Positions 1 to 18,404 of a stretch of 64,000 nucleotides of DNA are shown here, piece by piece (positions within the stretch are counted from its first letter, which is position 1; every line of letters starts with the position of its first letter). A program made the position numbers and the translations under genes. The notes under the pieces are model-generated. The model was not told the DNA's origin. It worked only from the letters and a program-made list of their open reading frames with translations, and did not search any database. Source of the stretch: the human T2T-CHM13v2.0 reference genome, Homo sapiens; NCBI RefSeq assembly GCF_009914755.1, contig NC_060935.1; one strand, 5' to 3'.

Positions 1-292
1 GAGCTGAGTACTTGAGGAGAGGGCCTGCCTAGGAGCCGACCTGACTACAGAGAGGAGCTGCCCACTGTGGGTCTCTTCTGTTCTAACACTAAATAAAGCT
101 CCTCTTTATCTTCTTCACCCTTCACCTGTCTGCATACTTTATTCTTTATTCTTCCTGGACGCAGGACAAGAACTCAGGGCAAAGGTGCCACTGGCCACAG
201 AGGTTTTCAGGAAGAAAATTGACACCCCAAAGATTGCCACCGGCTACAGAGGCTTCCAGAAAGAAAATTGACACCTCAAAGATCCCGTAACA
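1..292 (+). mobile_element. ERV1-class LTR 3' part (MER52/LTR27-like)
   Basis: AATAAAGCTCCTC poly(A) region, CTTCCTGGACGCAGGACAAGAACTC motif, ends in GATCCCGTAACA. Confidence 0.6.
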
Positions 293-1266
293 GTTCCTCT
301 CTAGGTTATAGGACAGCTGCCAATTACAATAAGGCCTGCTCACTTTCTTCTTTACATTCAGCAGAGAGAAATTGCCTCTCCCTAAGCCATCAGACAGTCT
401 ATCTTCAGTCTTTTGGGGTCAGTTTGCGATGCTACCCAAACAATGTAGGGCTGGTTCCTTGAAGCAATCACTGATTGGCTTGCTGGCCAGGGCCCATCTA
501 CTGAGTTCAGGTCAGTTCCTCAAAGCTCACTGCTGCAACATGATGGAAAGTGGGGGTGAATGTTGAGGAATCAACTACTCTATCCACTACAAAAGATTTC
601 CTCAGAAAACGCTCATGTTTTTACTAAACTGACGCTTGACTGTACATTTATTTTGAAGTTTGCTAAGATGAAAGGAATTTTAGTATTTCTTACAGTTAGT
701 GTCTAAGGTAGATCTCTGGAAAGGTTACGTGCCATCTTGAATTGCAGTTAGATTTCAGACAATTCATGAAATATCAATATTCAAATATAAATAGGAAGTA
801 TAAACTGATTTTTAACCTAATTTTTAAAAAGTCAGTTATTAGATAAAATAATGTTAAAGTAAAAATTGTAGCTAAGCATTAAAGGCAATAAATATGTCCA
901 AAGACATACATAGAGAGATTCTTTCAATTGGAGGAAGACCACTCCCCTAATAATCTAAGGTTGCCTTACATGACAGCTACAGTGCATAAACACTCAAACA
1001 TAATTTTATTCTTGAGCTGCAGAAAATTTAAACATTTGTGTGATATCGTCTACATATATGGAATATACGCATTCCTTTCGCTCTTCAAAATTTCTGTAAG
1101 GAAGTAATATATGCACATCGCAACAAAATTCAACCAGCACCAATAGTTTTTTAAGTCTCTTTCTCACTCAAATTTCCCCAGAATCTTCCTTCTTAAAGGC
1201 CTAAGATTATCAGTTTCTTGTGTGTTCTTCCCTAAATATTCTGTATATAAGAAAACAGATACAGCC

Positions 1267-1569
1267 TTTTTTTTTTTTCTTTGTGAGATGGCGTGTCGCT
1301 CTGTCTCCCAGGCTGGAGTGCAGTGGCACAATCTCAGCTCATGACAACCTCTGCCTGCTGGGTTCCAGCGATTCTCCCACCTCAGCCTCCTGAGTAGCTG
1401 GGATTACAGGTGCTCACCACCATGCCCAGCTTTTTTTTTTTTTTTTTTTAGTAGAGATGGGGTTTCACCATGTTGCCTAGGCTGGTCTCGACTTCCTGAC
1501 CTCAAGTGATCCACCTGCCTCGGGCTCCCAAAATGCTGGGATTACAGGTGTGAGCCACCACGCCTGGCC
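1267..1569 (-). mobile_element. Alu (AluS-like)
   Basis: Full dimer in antisense with an expanded T-run linker; TSD CAGATACAGCC/CAGATACATCC. Confidence 0.93.
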
Positions 1570-1850
1570 CCCAGATACATCCTTTCAAAAAAATACAAAT
1601 GGGAACACAGCTACACTGTTCAGAAACTTGCTTATCTTCGTTTGATAATACACTGCGTTCATACTCCATAGAGTGATCCAACCTTGAGTAACTAACTGCA
1701 TGATTATATCTCATGAACTTGAAGTGGAGGTAAGGACAGCACTTGGGCTTAGATGACGGCTGCTGTAGAAGGAGTGATTCACTGCCCAGGAAGGGAAAAT
1801 GCAATGAAGAACAGGAGCCCTGAAGGAATGTGCCACAGCACCTGGAGTGA

Positions 1851-2264
<414 letters not shown>

Positions 2265-3269
2265 TGAAGAATTTTACTGTGATTCTGAAAACAAAGAATT
2301 CTTTACTTGGTTAATGAAGTTTTGTTTTGCTTTGTTTTTTTTTCCTTCGTCTTTGTGTAATGGTTTTTGAATGGGCTGTTTTTGAATAAAAGCCTTTCGT
2401 CCTAGGGCAATCCCATAGTTAGGGTATTTCTGCATGTGAGATTCTCTACTTCACCACTAGATGGACCTACTTGATATTTTGTCTTCCGAAAAAGCGAAAC
2501 AATTTTATACTGTGAAGTCTTTCTGACAAAGATTTAAACTGCTCACCTTAAAAAAAGATTTGAGGGCTTAAAATAATAATAAACCAAATCACTTTTACAA
2601 AATAATGAGTAAAATGTACTTATATATTTAAATAATGTTAATAAAATGAAACACTTGTATAACCGCCTCCTGGCTTAAGAAATAAAATATAACCAAATAA
2701 ATCCTTGAAGCCAACTATGCTTCCTCTCTGATTTTCCCCTTCTTTTTCCCACCTGGATAAATTGTAAATTATTGGCTATTAAAAATCGTTTTATAATATG
2801 ATATATCTCTAAACAATATAATGTGTAATTTGTTCAGGTCTTGAAACTTGTGTAAAATAACTCACATTGTATTTATTTTTCTCTGACTTGCTTTTTTCCA
2901 CTCATTATTCTTTTTCTGAGATTCATTCACGCATTTTTAAAACTGCTTGATGGTATTGTGTTTTATAAATAGACTAAAATTAATTTCTCCATTTTACTGA
3001 TTTTGGACTTGCTTGTTTTCATTGAATATTATGATTTTAAGATTTTCATGTTAACTCATGCAGCTGAGATTAAGGTAGATTAAACATTCCTGTTTTATCA
3101 TCTGTATCTAATACTTCCAGGGTCAATCTTGGGGTTCTGCTCCTCCAGTTTACTCTTTTTTTCTGCTGGATTGGGTTGATTTGGGCTTGTTTCCATACGT
3201 GTTTTAATAATTTTTTTAAAAAAATACAAATACATGTTCCTTCAGCAGAAAGTCTCTGAAAGCAATGTT

Positions 3270-4062
3270 TTCATTTTTACTTCTATGATTTTATATCTTT
3301 AATTAGCCCCTAGAAGTTCTTCACTTCTCCCATCTAGAGCTCATTTCACTCACTGCCCTTTTTGGCTTCTAGACTGTCACTGTCTCCAGCAATGAGGAAG
3401 CAGGCATCTTTTCTTTGGGGCAAGGAATCCACGGTCTATTGTCTTCTCCAATAATGAATATGTTGGAAAGCTGGATGGCAAAGCTATTGCCATTGACATC
3501 TTTCACATGAACCATATTAAAAAAGTCAGGTTGCCTCTCTCTTTGTCTCGTGCTCTCTTTCTGCTGGTGATTACGCCGATCTGTTCCAGGTTAGCACTTT
3601 CAGTCAACATACACGGGTTATCAGAACTTGGTGAAATGGCTAATTAATTTGACCAAGCTCCAAATCAATCTGGAAAATGTCAATCTAGGTGATGCCCACA
3701 GAGATCTTTCTTATTTCTCAGAACTTACACTTGGCCTCCTCAGGCATAATTTGATGAAAATCAAAGTGACCTCCGGGTCACAAATCAGATGGAAATTCTC
3801 ACCGGCCTTGTCAATGTTGATGACAGGCATAAAACTGGCAGGGTAGCTCACATCACTGTGGAGCCTGCCATCCGTTTTAATAACCCACTGCATGCACATC
3901 TTTTTTTACTTCCTCCTCTGTAAGAAGCACACTTGTGCTTGTTTCTTAGGGAAGCGATGAGAGGGAGAAGCTTGATAGGGCCAGTGGATGTCCAAAGGGC
4001 AAACACACCGGTCAGTTTTCAGCATCCAGTGCTTTGGAGCTGCTGCATACTTCAGGATGATG
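3270..4062 (-). pseudogene. Processed pseudogene of ribosomal protein S4 (RPS4X-like)
   Basis: Minus-strand translation gives [53 protein letters not shown] and [16 protein letters not shown], colinear with RPS4X. Intronless with frameshifts. TGA at 3346-3348, ATTAAA at 3298-3303 and an A-rich tail remnant. Confidence 0.9.
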
Positions 4063-5135
4063 AATCATAGCTGTTCTAAGTACAGAAAGAGCTGAAATCA
4101 ATGTTTCGCAGAGAGGATTTGCTTTGCTTCTGCTAGGAATTGGGGTAATACCTGAGGCTACTTTGAAATGAAATACTGGCATGCTTGTATTCAGATCCTG
4201 CAGTTAGCATGAATTACGTCACCAAACCAACATGAATGTGGGTTTGTGGTTTAAAATTCAGAGATTTTCCCCCCTATTTATTCTAGAGCCAAGCCCAAAC
4301 AGACAAGTTTGCCTTGGAGTGGTTAGATTCCACATCAAACCTTTCAAGTTCTGGCTTAGGCTAGAATCTTAGATTCAACTCCCCATCCTTCTTAGGATCC
4401 AAACTTTGTCTCCTATCCATTACAGGCTATCAAAACTCACGTTCCAGGCTTTCCAATTTCGAATCACAAGAGACTGTTGCTGCTACCCTGTCAACAACGA
4501 TAAACCAGGAAGCTACAAAATCAGAGTATCATAGTTTTTAAAACCCGCAAAAGACCTGAGGAGAGAAACCTAACTAAACTAAAATCTAAACCTAAAAATC
4601 TCGAAAGTAAAGAGCCCTTCTTTTCAGAGTAGAGATCTATGGCTGTTTTCATCCTAGCAGAACAACTAAAAGAGAAAGGAATACATCATAATAGATGGTA
4701 AGGAGAAACTGGCCATATTTACTGGCTTTTTACTGACTGCAATGTGAACTAGCATGATGAGTTAGAATCCCAAGGAGCCCTAACCACAGAAGGAGCAGGC
4801 CCCTATCTGCCATGTACTATCATGTCCCCAGCGTTGCACACAGGCCTTCACCAAGGGAACATAGATAGTACATGGAAGGCTGAGAGGAGAGCAAAAGAGC
4901 TTAGAAAATGCTCAGCCCTTTCCCAAATTAAGATATTGGCCTGGCAAAGCTGGGAGCAGTGCAGAAAGAGGAGAAAAATCTCTCTAAGGCACTCTGAACT
5001 TTCAATTGCCAAAGGTTGGAGGCAGAGAAGGAGAGCTGAGAGAAATCCCTTCAAGGCACTGTAACCCATTACTGAGAGCAAAGCAGTGACCCTCCAAAGA
5101 CCGGAAGCAGGCCAGTAGGGCATACAGATGGTGTA

Positions 5136-6171
5136 CAGACAAGCCTCATTTTATTGTGCTTTGCTTTATTGAATTTTGCAATTGTGGGGGTTTTTTTGGA
5201 TTTTTGTTTTGTTTTTTTTTTTACAAATTGAAAATGTGTGGCAACTCCACACTGAGCACCATTTTTCCAACAGCATTCACTCACTTCATATCTCTGTGTT
5301 ACACTTTGGTATTTCTACAGTATTTTTAACTTTATTATTATTACTGTATCTGTTATGGTGATCTGTAATCCGTGATCTTTGATGTTACTATTGAATTGTT
5401 TTGGGACACCAGGAACTCTACCTATACGAGACACTGAACTTAATCAATAAATTTGTGTTCTGACTGCTCTAACAAGCAGCCATCATTCTGTTTCTCTCTA
5501 TGGACCTCTCTATTCCCTGAGACACAACAACATACAAATTAGGCCAATTAATAATCTTACAATGGCCTCTAAGTGTTTAAGTGAAAGGAAGAGTTTCACA
5601 TCTCTCACTTTAAATATAAAGCTAGAATGATTAAGCTTAGTGAGGAAGGCATGTGGAAAGCCAAGATAGCTGAAAGGGAAGCCTCTGGTGCCAAACAGTT
5701 TGCCAACTTGTAAATGCAAATAAATAGTTCTTGAAGGAAATTAAAAGTGCTAGTCCAGTTAACACACAAATGATAAGAAAGATCAGCCTTATTGCTGACA
5801 TGGAGAAAGGTTTAATGGTCTGAATAGAAGATTAAACCAGCTACAACATTCCTTTAAGCCAAAGCAAAATCCAGAGCAAGGCCCTTAATATCAAGGCGAG
5901 GCTCTCCATCAGCAAGATTATGACTTTCTGAAGGCTCAGATGATCATTAGCTTTTTTTTTTTTTTTTTTAGCAACAGTATTTTTTAATTAAGATATGTAC
6001 ATTGTACTTTTTAACATAATGCTATTGCATGCTTAATAGACTACAGGATCGTATAAACGTATCTTTTATGTGTACTGGGAAACCAAAAAATTGGTGTCAC
6101 TCACTTTATTGTGGTATTTGTTACTTTGTGGTGGTCTGTAACCAAACCTGCAATATGTCCAAGGTATGGCC
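5136..6171 (+). mobile_element. Tigger1 DNA transposon, internally deleted
   Basis: TA|CAGACAAGCCTCATTTTATTGTGCTTTGC left end and CAATATGTCCAAGGTATGGC right end. Includes decayed transposase 5' sequence (AAGCTAGAATGATTAAGCTTAGTGAGGAAGGCATG). Confidence 0.85.
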
Positions 6172-6173
6172 AT

Positions 6174-6548
6174 TGTATTAGTCTGTTCTCATGCTGGTAT
6201 AAGGACATCCCCAAGACCACGTAATTTATAAAGGAAAGAGGTTTAACTGACTCACAGTTATGCATGGCTGGGGAGGCCTCAGGAAACTTGCAATCATGGC
6301 AGAAGGAGAAGCAAGCACATCCTTCTTCACTTGGCAGCAGGAGAGAGAAGTGCTGAGCAAAAGGGGAAAAGGCCCCTTATGAAACCGTCAGATCTCATGA
6401 GAACTCACTCACTATCACAAGAACAGCATGGAGGTAAGCAACCCCATGATTCAGTTACCTCGCACTGGGTCCCTCCCATGACACGTGGGGATTACAGGAA
6501 CTACAATTCAAGATGAGCTTTGGGTGGGGACACAGCCAATTCATATCA
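6174..6548 (-). mobile_element. THE1 (MaLR) solo LTR
   Basis: TGTATTAGTCTGTTCTC...CATATCA termini; exact 5-bp TSD GCCAT (6169-6173, 6549-6553). Confidence 0.9.
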
Positions 6549-7115
6549 GCCATATAAAGAATGAGATGGAACTGAAGAACAAAGAGAAATTCTCAGTGAC
6601 TAAAAAACTGGAATCCAGACTGTGAAGCAGAGAGAAATCTCTCATGGTTCAGAAAAATTGTCTGTGCTATAAATTAGCAAGGAAATTTCTGATGTCTTAC
6701 TTGTACTTACTTGGTGCTTTTACAGAGCTAGGGATTGTTAGAATTCTGACAGGATAAGGGCTGAGTAATTTTCTGGGGAAAATATCATTTACTTCAGTCT
6801 CTTTTGTTCTTTTATGTACTACAAAGCACAATAAAATGAGGTATGTCTGTATACCATCTCTCTATGCCCTACTAGCCTGCCTCCAGTCTTTGGAGAATCA
6901 CTGCTTTGCTCTGGGAAATGGCTTATAGAGCCTTGAAGGGACTTCTCTTAGCTCTCCTTCTGTGCCTCCAACCTTTGGCAATTGCTGCTTTGCATTCAAT
7001 GAAAGCTCAGAGTGCCTCAGAGAGATTTTTCTCCTCTTTCTGCACTGCTCCCAGCTTCACTGGGCCAATGTTAATTTGGGAAAGGTCTGAGCACAATGTA
7101 CAATCAAAACTGTAA

Positions 7116-7395
7116 GAAGCCTGAGGTGAATCACTTGAGCCCAGGAGTTTGAGACCAGCCTGGACAACATAATGAGACCTGCCTCTACAAAAAAAAAAAA
7201 AAAAATGAGTTTGGCATGGTTGTGCAAGCTTGTGTTCCCAGACACTCAGGTGGCTCACTTGATCCTCAAGTAGGAGGATCACTTAAGCTTGAGAGGTTGC
7301 AGCTGCCATGAGTCATGATCATGCCACTTGCACTCCAGCCTGGGTGAAAGGTAAGACCTTGTCTCAAAGCAAAACAAACAAACAACAACAATAAC
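7116..7395 (+). mobile_element. Alu (AluJ-like), 5'-truncated
   Basis: CACTTGAGCCCAGGAGTTTGAGACCAGCC motif; A-rich tail. Confidence 0.85.
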
Positions 7396-7399
7396 AAAG

Positions 7400-10230
7400 A
7401 TGAGACACATAAAAATGCAAGAAAATTGAACCCATGATTATGACAGGAAAGAAGCAGACCTTGAGGTAGATCAGATGTAATTATCAGGCAAGGATTAAAA
7501 ATAACCATGAAAATGTATTAAGATGGAAAAGCTGGAAAACATTCACGAACATATGAGGAATATCGGCAGATATGGCAACTATAAACATGGATCAAATAGA
7601 AGTGCCAAAAATAAAAAATATCTATCATAAATAAAAAATGCATTCAATGGTATCAATAGCAGCCTAGACACACAGGAGGAAAATATCTGTAAACTTGAAG
7701 ATGATAAAGGTCATAAAAACTGAAACACACAAGTAGAAAGCAGAAAATACAACAAAATATCTGAGGTCTATAGGACTCATGTATGTAATTAGAGTAGCAG
7801 AGGAAAGAAGAGAAAATGGGGCAAAAGCAATTATTGGAGAGATAATTTAGATTTTCCAAAATAGTTAAAAAAACTGTCAGCAAACTTCAGGCAAGTTCAC
7901 ACATATGCCCCTAGATAACACACTTAAGAACATCAGACTCAGCCTGCTGAAAACCAAGATAAAATCTTAAAAGCAACCATTACATATTATATACAGAGAA
8001 AAACAATAAGAATTATTGCTGACTTCTCATCAGAAGTAATATAAGCCAGAAGACAATGGAAAGACCACTTTTAAATGCTTTAAGAAAGAATGTCAACCTA
8101 GAATTCTATATATAGTAAAATACATCCTTCAAAAGCAAAGACAAAATAAAGACATTTTCAGATGAATGAAAGTGGAGCTATTTTATTTCCAAAAGATCTG
8201 CACTATAAGAAATGTTAAAAGGGTTGCTCAGGCTGAAGAGAAATAATACCAAATGGAAGCTCAGAACTGAAGGAAGGACACAAGGAAGGTTTGTGAATAA
8301 ATAAAAAAAAAAGTTTCATTATGTTTAAGAGATAAAAACATACATACTTATATCTAAATTTCTTCAAAAGACTATGAACTACTTATAGCAGAAATAATAT
8401 GTTTATATAATATAAGTTATACTATTGTGGGGTTTATAACTTCTGTAGAAGTAAAATACACAACAAAAACACAACATATGTGGGGGCAGGGGGTAAATAG
8501 AACCATACTGTTGTAAGATTCTTATATTGTTCACAAAGTAGTATAAAGCTGTTTTAAGACAGACTATGATAAGTTGAAGATGTAGATTGTAATCTTTAGA
8601 ACAACACTAAAAACTAATCTTACAGGTATAGCTAGAGAAAGCAAAATAAAATTATTTTTAAAAACCCCACACAACTCAATTCATTTAAAAGAAGGTGAAA
8701 AGCCTCCTCTGGCTGCAGGGTGATGAGCATATCAGTGAGTGATGAGCAGGGGTTAGGGCAAAGTGGCCACAGTGGTTTGAGGGCTGCAGGTGGACTGACT
8801 CCTCCATATGCCCAAGGTCCTCAGTAGGCTGCTTAACTCATTTAACTCATCATCACGTAGCATCGTGTTGAGAGAATGGTGATATCTGGAGTGGGTTGTA
8901 CATGCGGAAGTTCAGTAGGATGAGCTGAGCTCAAGTTTGTGATGTATTAAAACTAGCATCTCACTGATCCTCTTCCTTGCTACATTTTAAAGCTGTTTTT
9001 GTGATTCAAATGAGCTTTTAGCCTCCTGGTGAAGCTTTCTGTATTTGCAGGTGACATTGCTAACTGTCTGAGTAACTCAATGAAAGCTTTTTTTCTGAAA
9101 AAGTGAACATTTTTGTTTACATAATCAATTGCTTTTCCTCAATATATCAAAAATTTTATACCATTTTAAAATATGTATGGGAGGGGGAAGATAATACAAA
9201 GATATGTTGAATGGGAAAAAAACTGGCCAAATTAGTATTTCATATCATTCATGGTAAGATAATAAACTTTTTTTTTAAAGATGTTGGATGTAAACTAGTA
9301 TATTAGAAAGCAAACCACTCTCCTTTGTTCAAACAATGATTACCTTAAACCCTGCTGTATTTATTAAAATATTTTATTAACATTTTTAAAAAGGAGGTAG
9401 AAAAGGAGAAACAGAAAAGTTGCAAATAGGGACAAATAAAAACAAATTCTGAGATGGTATATGTCAATCTGACAATATCAATAGTTATGTCAAATATTAA
9501 TGGACTAAACCCAAGCTCTAAAATAGCAATCATCAGCTCAGGGGAAAATGCCAGCTCAAGAGTTCCTTTTCTCTTGAGGGAATAGCTTTTAAAAATTATT
9601 TCCTCTGGTGCAGACTCTGCAGTTTGTTGGCTCCTGAAGAAAACTAAATATAGAATTACAAAAGGATCCAGCAATTCTACGCCTTAATATATACCTGAAA
9701 GAATTGAAAGCAAGAACTCAAACCCATACTTGAACAGTAATGTTCATAGTAGCATTATTCACAATAGTCAAAAGGTAGGAACAATCCAAAAGGCCCATCA
9801 ACAGGTAAACATAAAGAAAATGTGGTGTATATATACAATGAAATATTATTCAGCCTTAAAAAGGAACAAAATGCTGATACATGCTACTTAACATGGATAA
9901 ATCTTAAAATTACTATGCTAAGTGAAATAATCCAAACACCAAAGGACAGATTATTGTATGATCCCACCTATATAAGGTATCTAAAAGGGCAAATTCATAG
10001 AGACAGAAAGTAAAATAGAGGTTACTAGAGGCTAGGAGCAGGCGCGGAATGGAGGTTATTATTTAATGAGTTCAGAGTTTATGTTTAGGATGATGAAACA
10101 GCTCTGGAAATGCAGAGGTGATGGTTGTACAATATTGTAAATATGCTTAATGCCACTGAATTCTATTTTAAAATGGTTAAAATGGTACATTTTTATTTAT
10201 GTGTATTTTACCACAATGAAAAATTGGGGA
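7400..10230 (+). mobile_element. Old L1M fragments (ORF1 region and 3' end), interrupted at 8703-9387
   Basis: GACTTCTCATCAGAA and AACCTAGAATTCTATA ORF1-region motifs; 3' UTR with GATGGTTGTACAATATTGTAAAT...TTTTACCACAAT. Confidence 0.75.
8703..9387 (+). pseudogene. Probable retrocopy of an unidentified transcript inserted into an old L1
   Basis: Non-L1 segment interrupts a colinear L1 and is flanked by near-duplicated AAAAGAAGGTGAAAAG / AAAAGGAGGTAGAAAAG. 5' part is more GC-rich, 3' part is AT-rich with AATAAA (9261) and ATTAAA (9363). Confidence 0.5.
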
Positions 10231-10539
10231 AAAAATCTGACTTCCAATTATGTCCTCTACTTTATGCTGTAGTTATGCTTTAAAGCATTTTTTCATATTT
10301 TATTCAGGCATGGATATACTTTGCCATATTACTGAAAGTGGCAGACAGACAGCTCTAAACATCTTTTAAGTTTTTTCTTTACCTAATTTTCTTTCTTGTA
10401 TGCACAAGCTTACATATACTTAGTCCAGATATCACTCCTTCCTTTCCTCTCTCTGCCTCTCTCTCTCTCTCCTCTAATGAGTTATCTTCACTAACCCTAA
10501 TTCTTCTTCCTTGCCATTCAGGCATTCCTCATTACACTC

Positions 10540-11860
10540 TAATCTCACTTCTGCAGTTCCACTCCCCTTCCTCTGTAGCCATTAATCATGCTTCTATAGC
10601 CATAGTCAAAGCTAATGATGACTTTTCAGACTTTATCTTAATTGACTTCTGCCCACACTTGGCATTGTTGATTACAGCATCACTTTTTAAACACTCTTCA
10701 GCCTTGCTCTCTGTAAAACCATACTCTCCTGGGCTTCCAACCTCCAATTTCACCTTCTAAGTCTCCTTCACTGGATCTTTTTCCTTTTCCTCAGCTCAAC
10801 CCTTAAATTTCCATACCTCCTAAATTTCTATTTAAAAATATCTTTTAGTTTTTACTCTAGGTGCTCTTCAGGAATATTTCATCTACTTTTTTGTTTTTAA
10901 CTATCACCTCTAACAGAACTCACCAACTGTTGCCTATTGGCCAAATGCAGTACCCAGAAAAGAGAGGTCTTATTGTTGTTTTTTTAATTTGATGCCTTAG
11001 ATAGGATTTGTAATGTCTAGTTTGTCATAGTCTCCATGACTCCATATATGTTTATACTCCCTATATTTTCATATCTAGTTCTGATGTCTTCTTTTCTCAG
11101 CCTTGGGTCTATAAATTCAATTACCAAATAAATGTTTTAACCTGCTACTGCCCTTAAGAACATGTCCAAAATTGAATTCATGCTCCTACCTGACAAACCT
11201 GATCTTCCTGTTATTGTCCCTTAGTTGAGTGGTAAATTTTATTGTTAGTTCAAGTAAACATACCTAAACCTGGAGTCATTCTTGACTTTAGATAGAAGAT
11301 ATAAAGAAACAATAACGAGTTATCCAATCTTGTCAAATGTATGCCGCAATAACTCCAGACCTTAACTGTGCTGCTTCATCCTTGTAAAAACCTCATTTTA
11401 GGTACTCATGACCTTTCACCTAGATTATTTAAATAGTGTCTTAATTTGTCTGTCTACTTGCACTTTTGCCATCCTAAAAATTGTCCTCCACGTTGCTTCT
11501 AAAATTACCTTTCTAATATGCATTTTTTTCTTCTCTCCTTTTCTTAAAAGTCTTTAATAGCTTCTCATTGTTTACAAAATGAAGACCAGTTTCCCTAACT
11601 GTACCCATCTGTCTAGCCCATCTCCTGTAATTCTTTGTCATATATATTATATCTCAACAATTCCACATTATGTAAGTTTTTTTGTACGTATAGTTCCATA
11701 CCTGAAACACTCTCTTCTTGTGCCTGATAATTTATTATTCAAAATCTGGCTCAGGTGTGACCTCCTCTCCTCATTTTATCTGAGATTGTCCTCCCTATAG
11801 AGTTATTCACCTCATGTAATACCTCTATTTTTTGGATATATTTCTGTTATTACATGTATC
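10540..11860. mobile_element. L2 remnants
   Basis: Pyrimidine-rich decayed L2-like motifs, e.g. AACATGTCCAAAATTGAATTC and AAACCTGGAGTCATTCTTGAC. Confidence 0.5.
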
Positions 11861-11889
11861 ACATGTACTATATGGTTTAAATTTTTCAT

Positions 11890-17930
<6,041 letters not shown>

Positions 17931-17932
17931 AG

Positions 17933-18404
17933 TGAGGTAGGAGGCAAGACTTGACTCCAGAGGCAGGGCTCAAACATAAGAACAAATTGAGGACTAGCTA
18001 AAACAGGGCCAGGGCAGAAGCAGCTTTCCACCAGACATTCCCACCAGTGTGCCATGTCAGTTTACCATTGCCATGACAACATCCAGGAGTTACCACCCCT
18101 TTCCACGGCTATGACCTGATGTCCCAATAGTTACTACTTCTTCCCCAGAAATTTCTGCATAAACTACCCCTTAATCTGAATGTTATTAAAAGCTGGTATA
18201 AATATGACTGCAAAACTGCCCTGAGCTGCTACTCTCTACCTATGGGGTAGCCCTGCTCTGCAGGAGCAGTCATGGAGCTATAACACTGCTGCTTCAATAA
18301 AGCTGTTTTCTTTTACCTCCGTCTTGCCCTTGAATTCTTTCCTGGGCAAAGCCAAGAACCCTCACAGACTAAGCCCCACTTGGGGGTTCACCTGCCCTGC
18401 ATCA
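17933..18404 (+). mobile_element. ERV1-class LTR (MER66-like)
   Basis: TG...CA termini, TATA-like GGTATAAATATG, AATAAAGC poly(A) signal, followed directly by a PBS. Confidence 0.75.
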
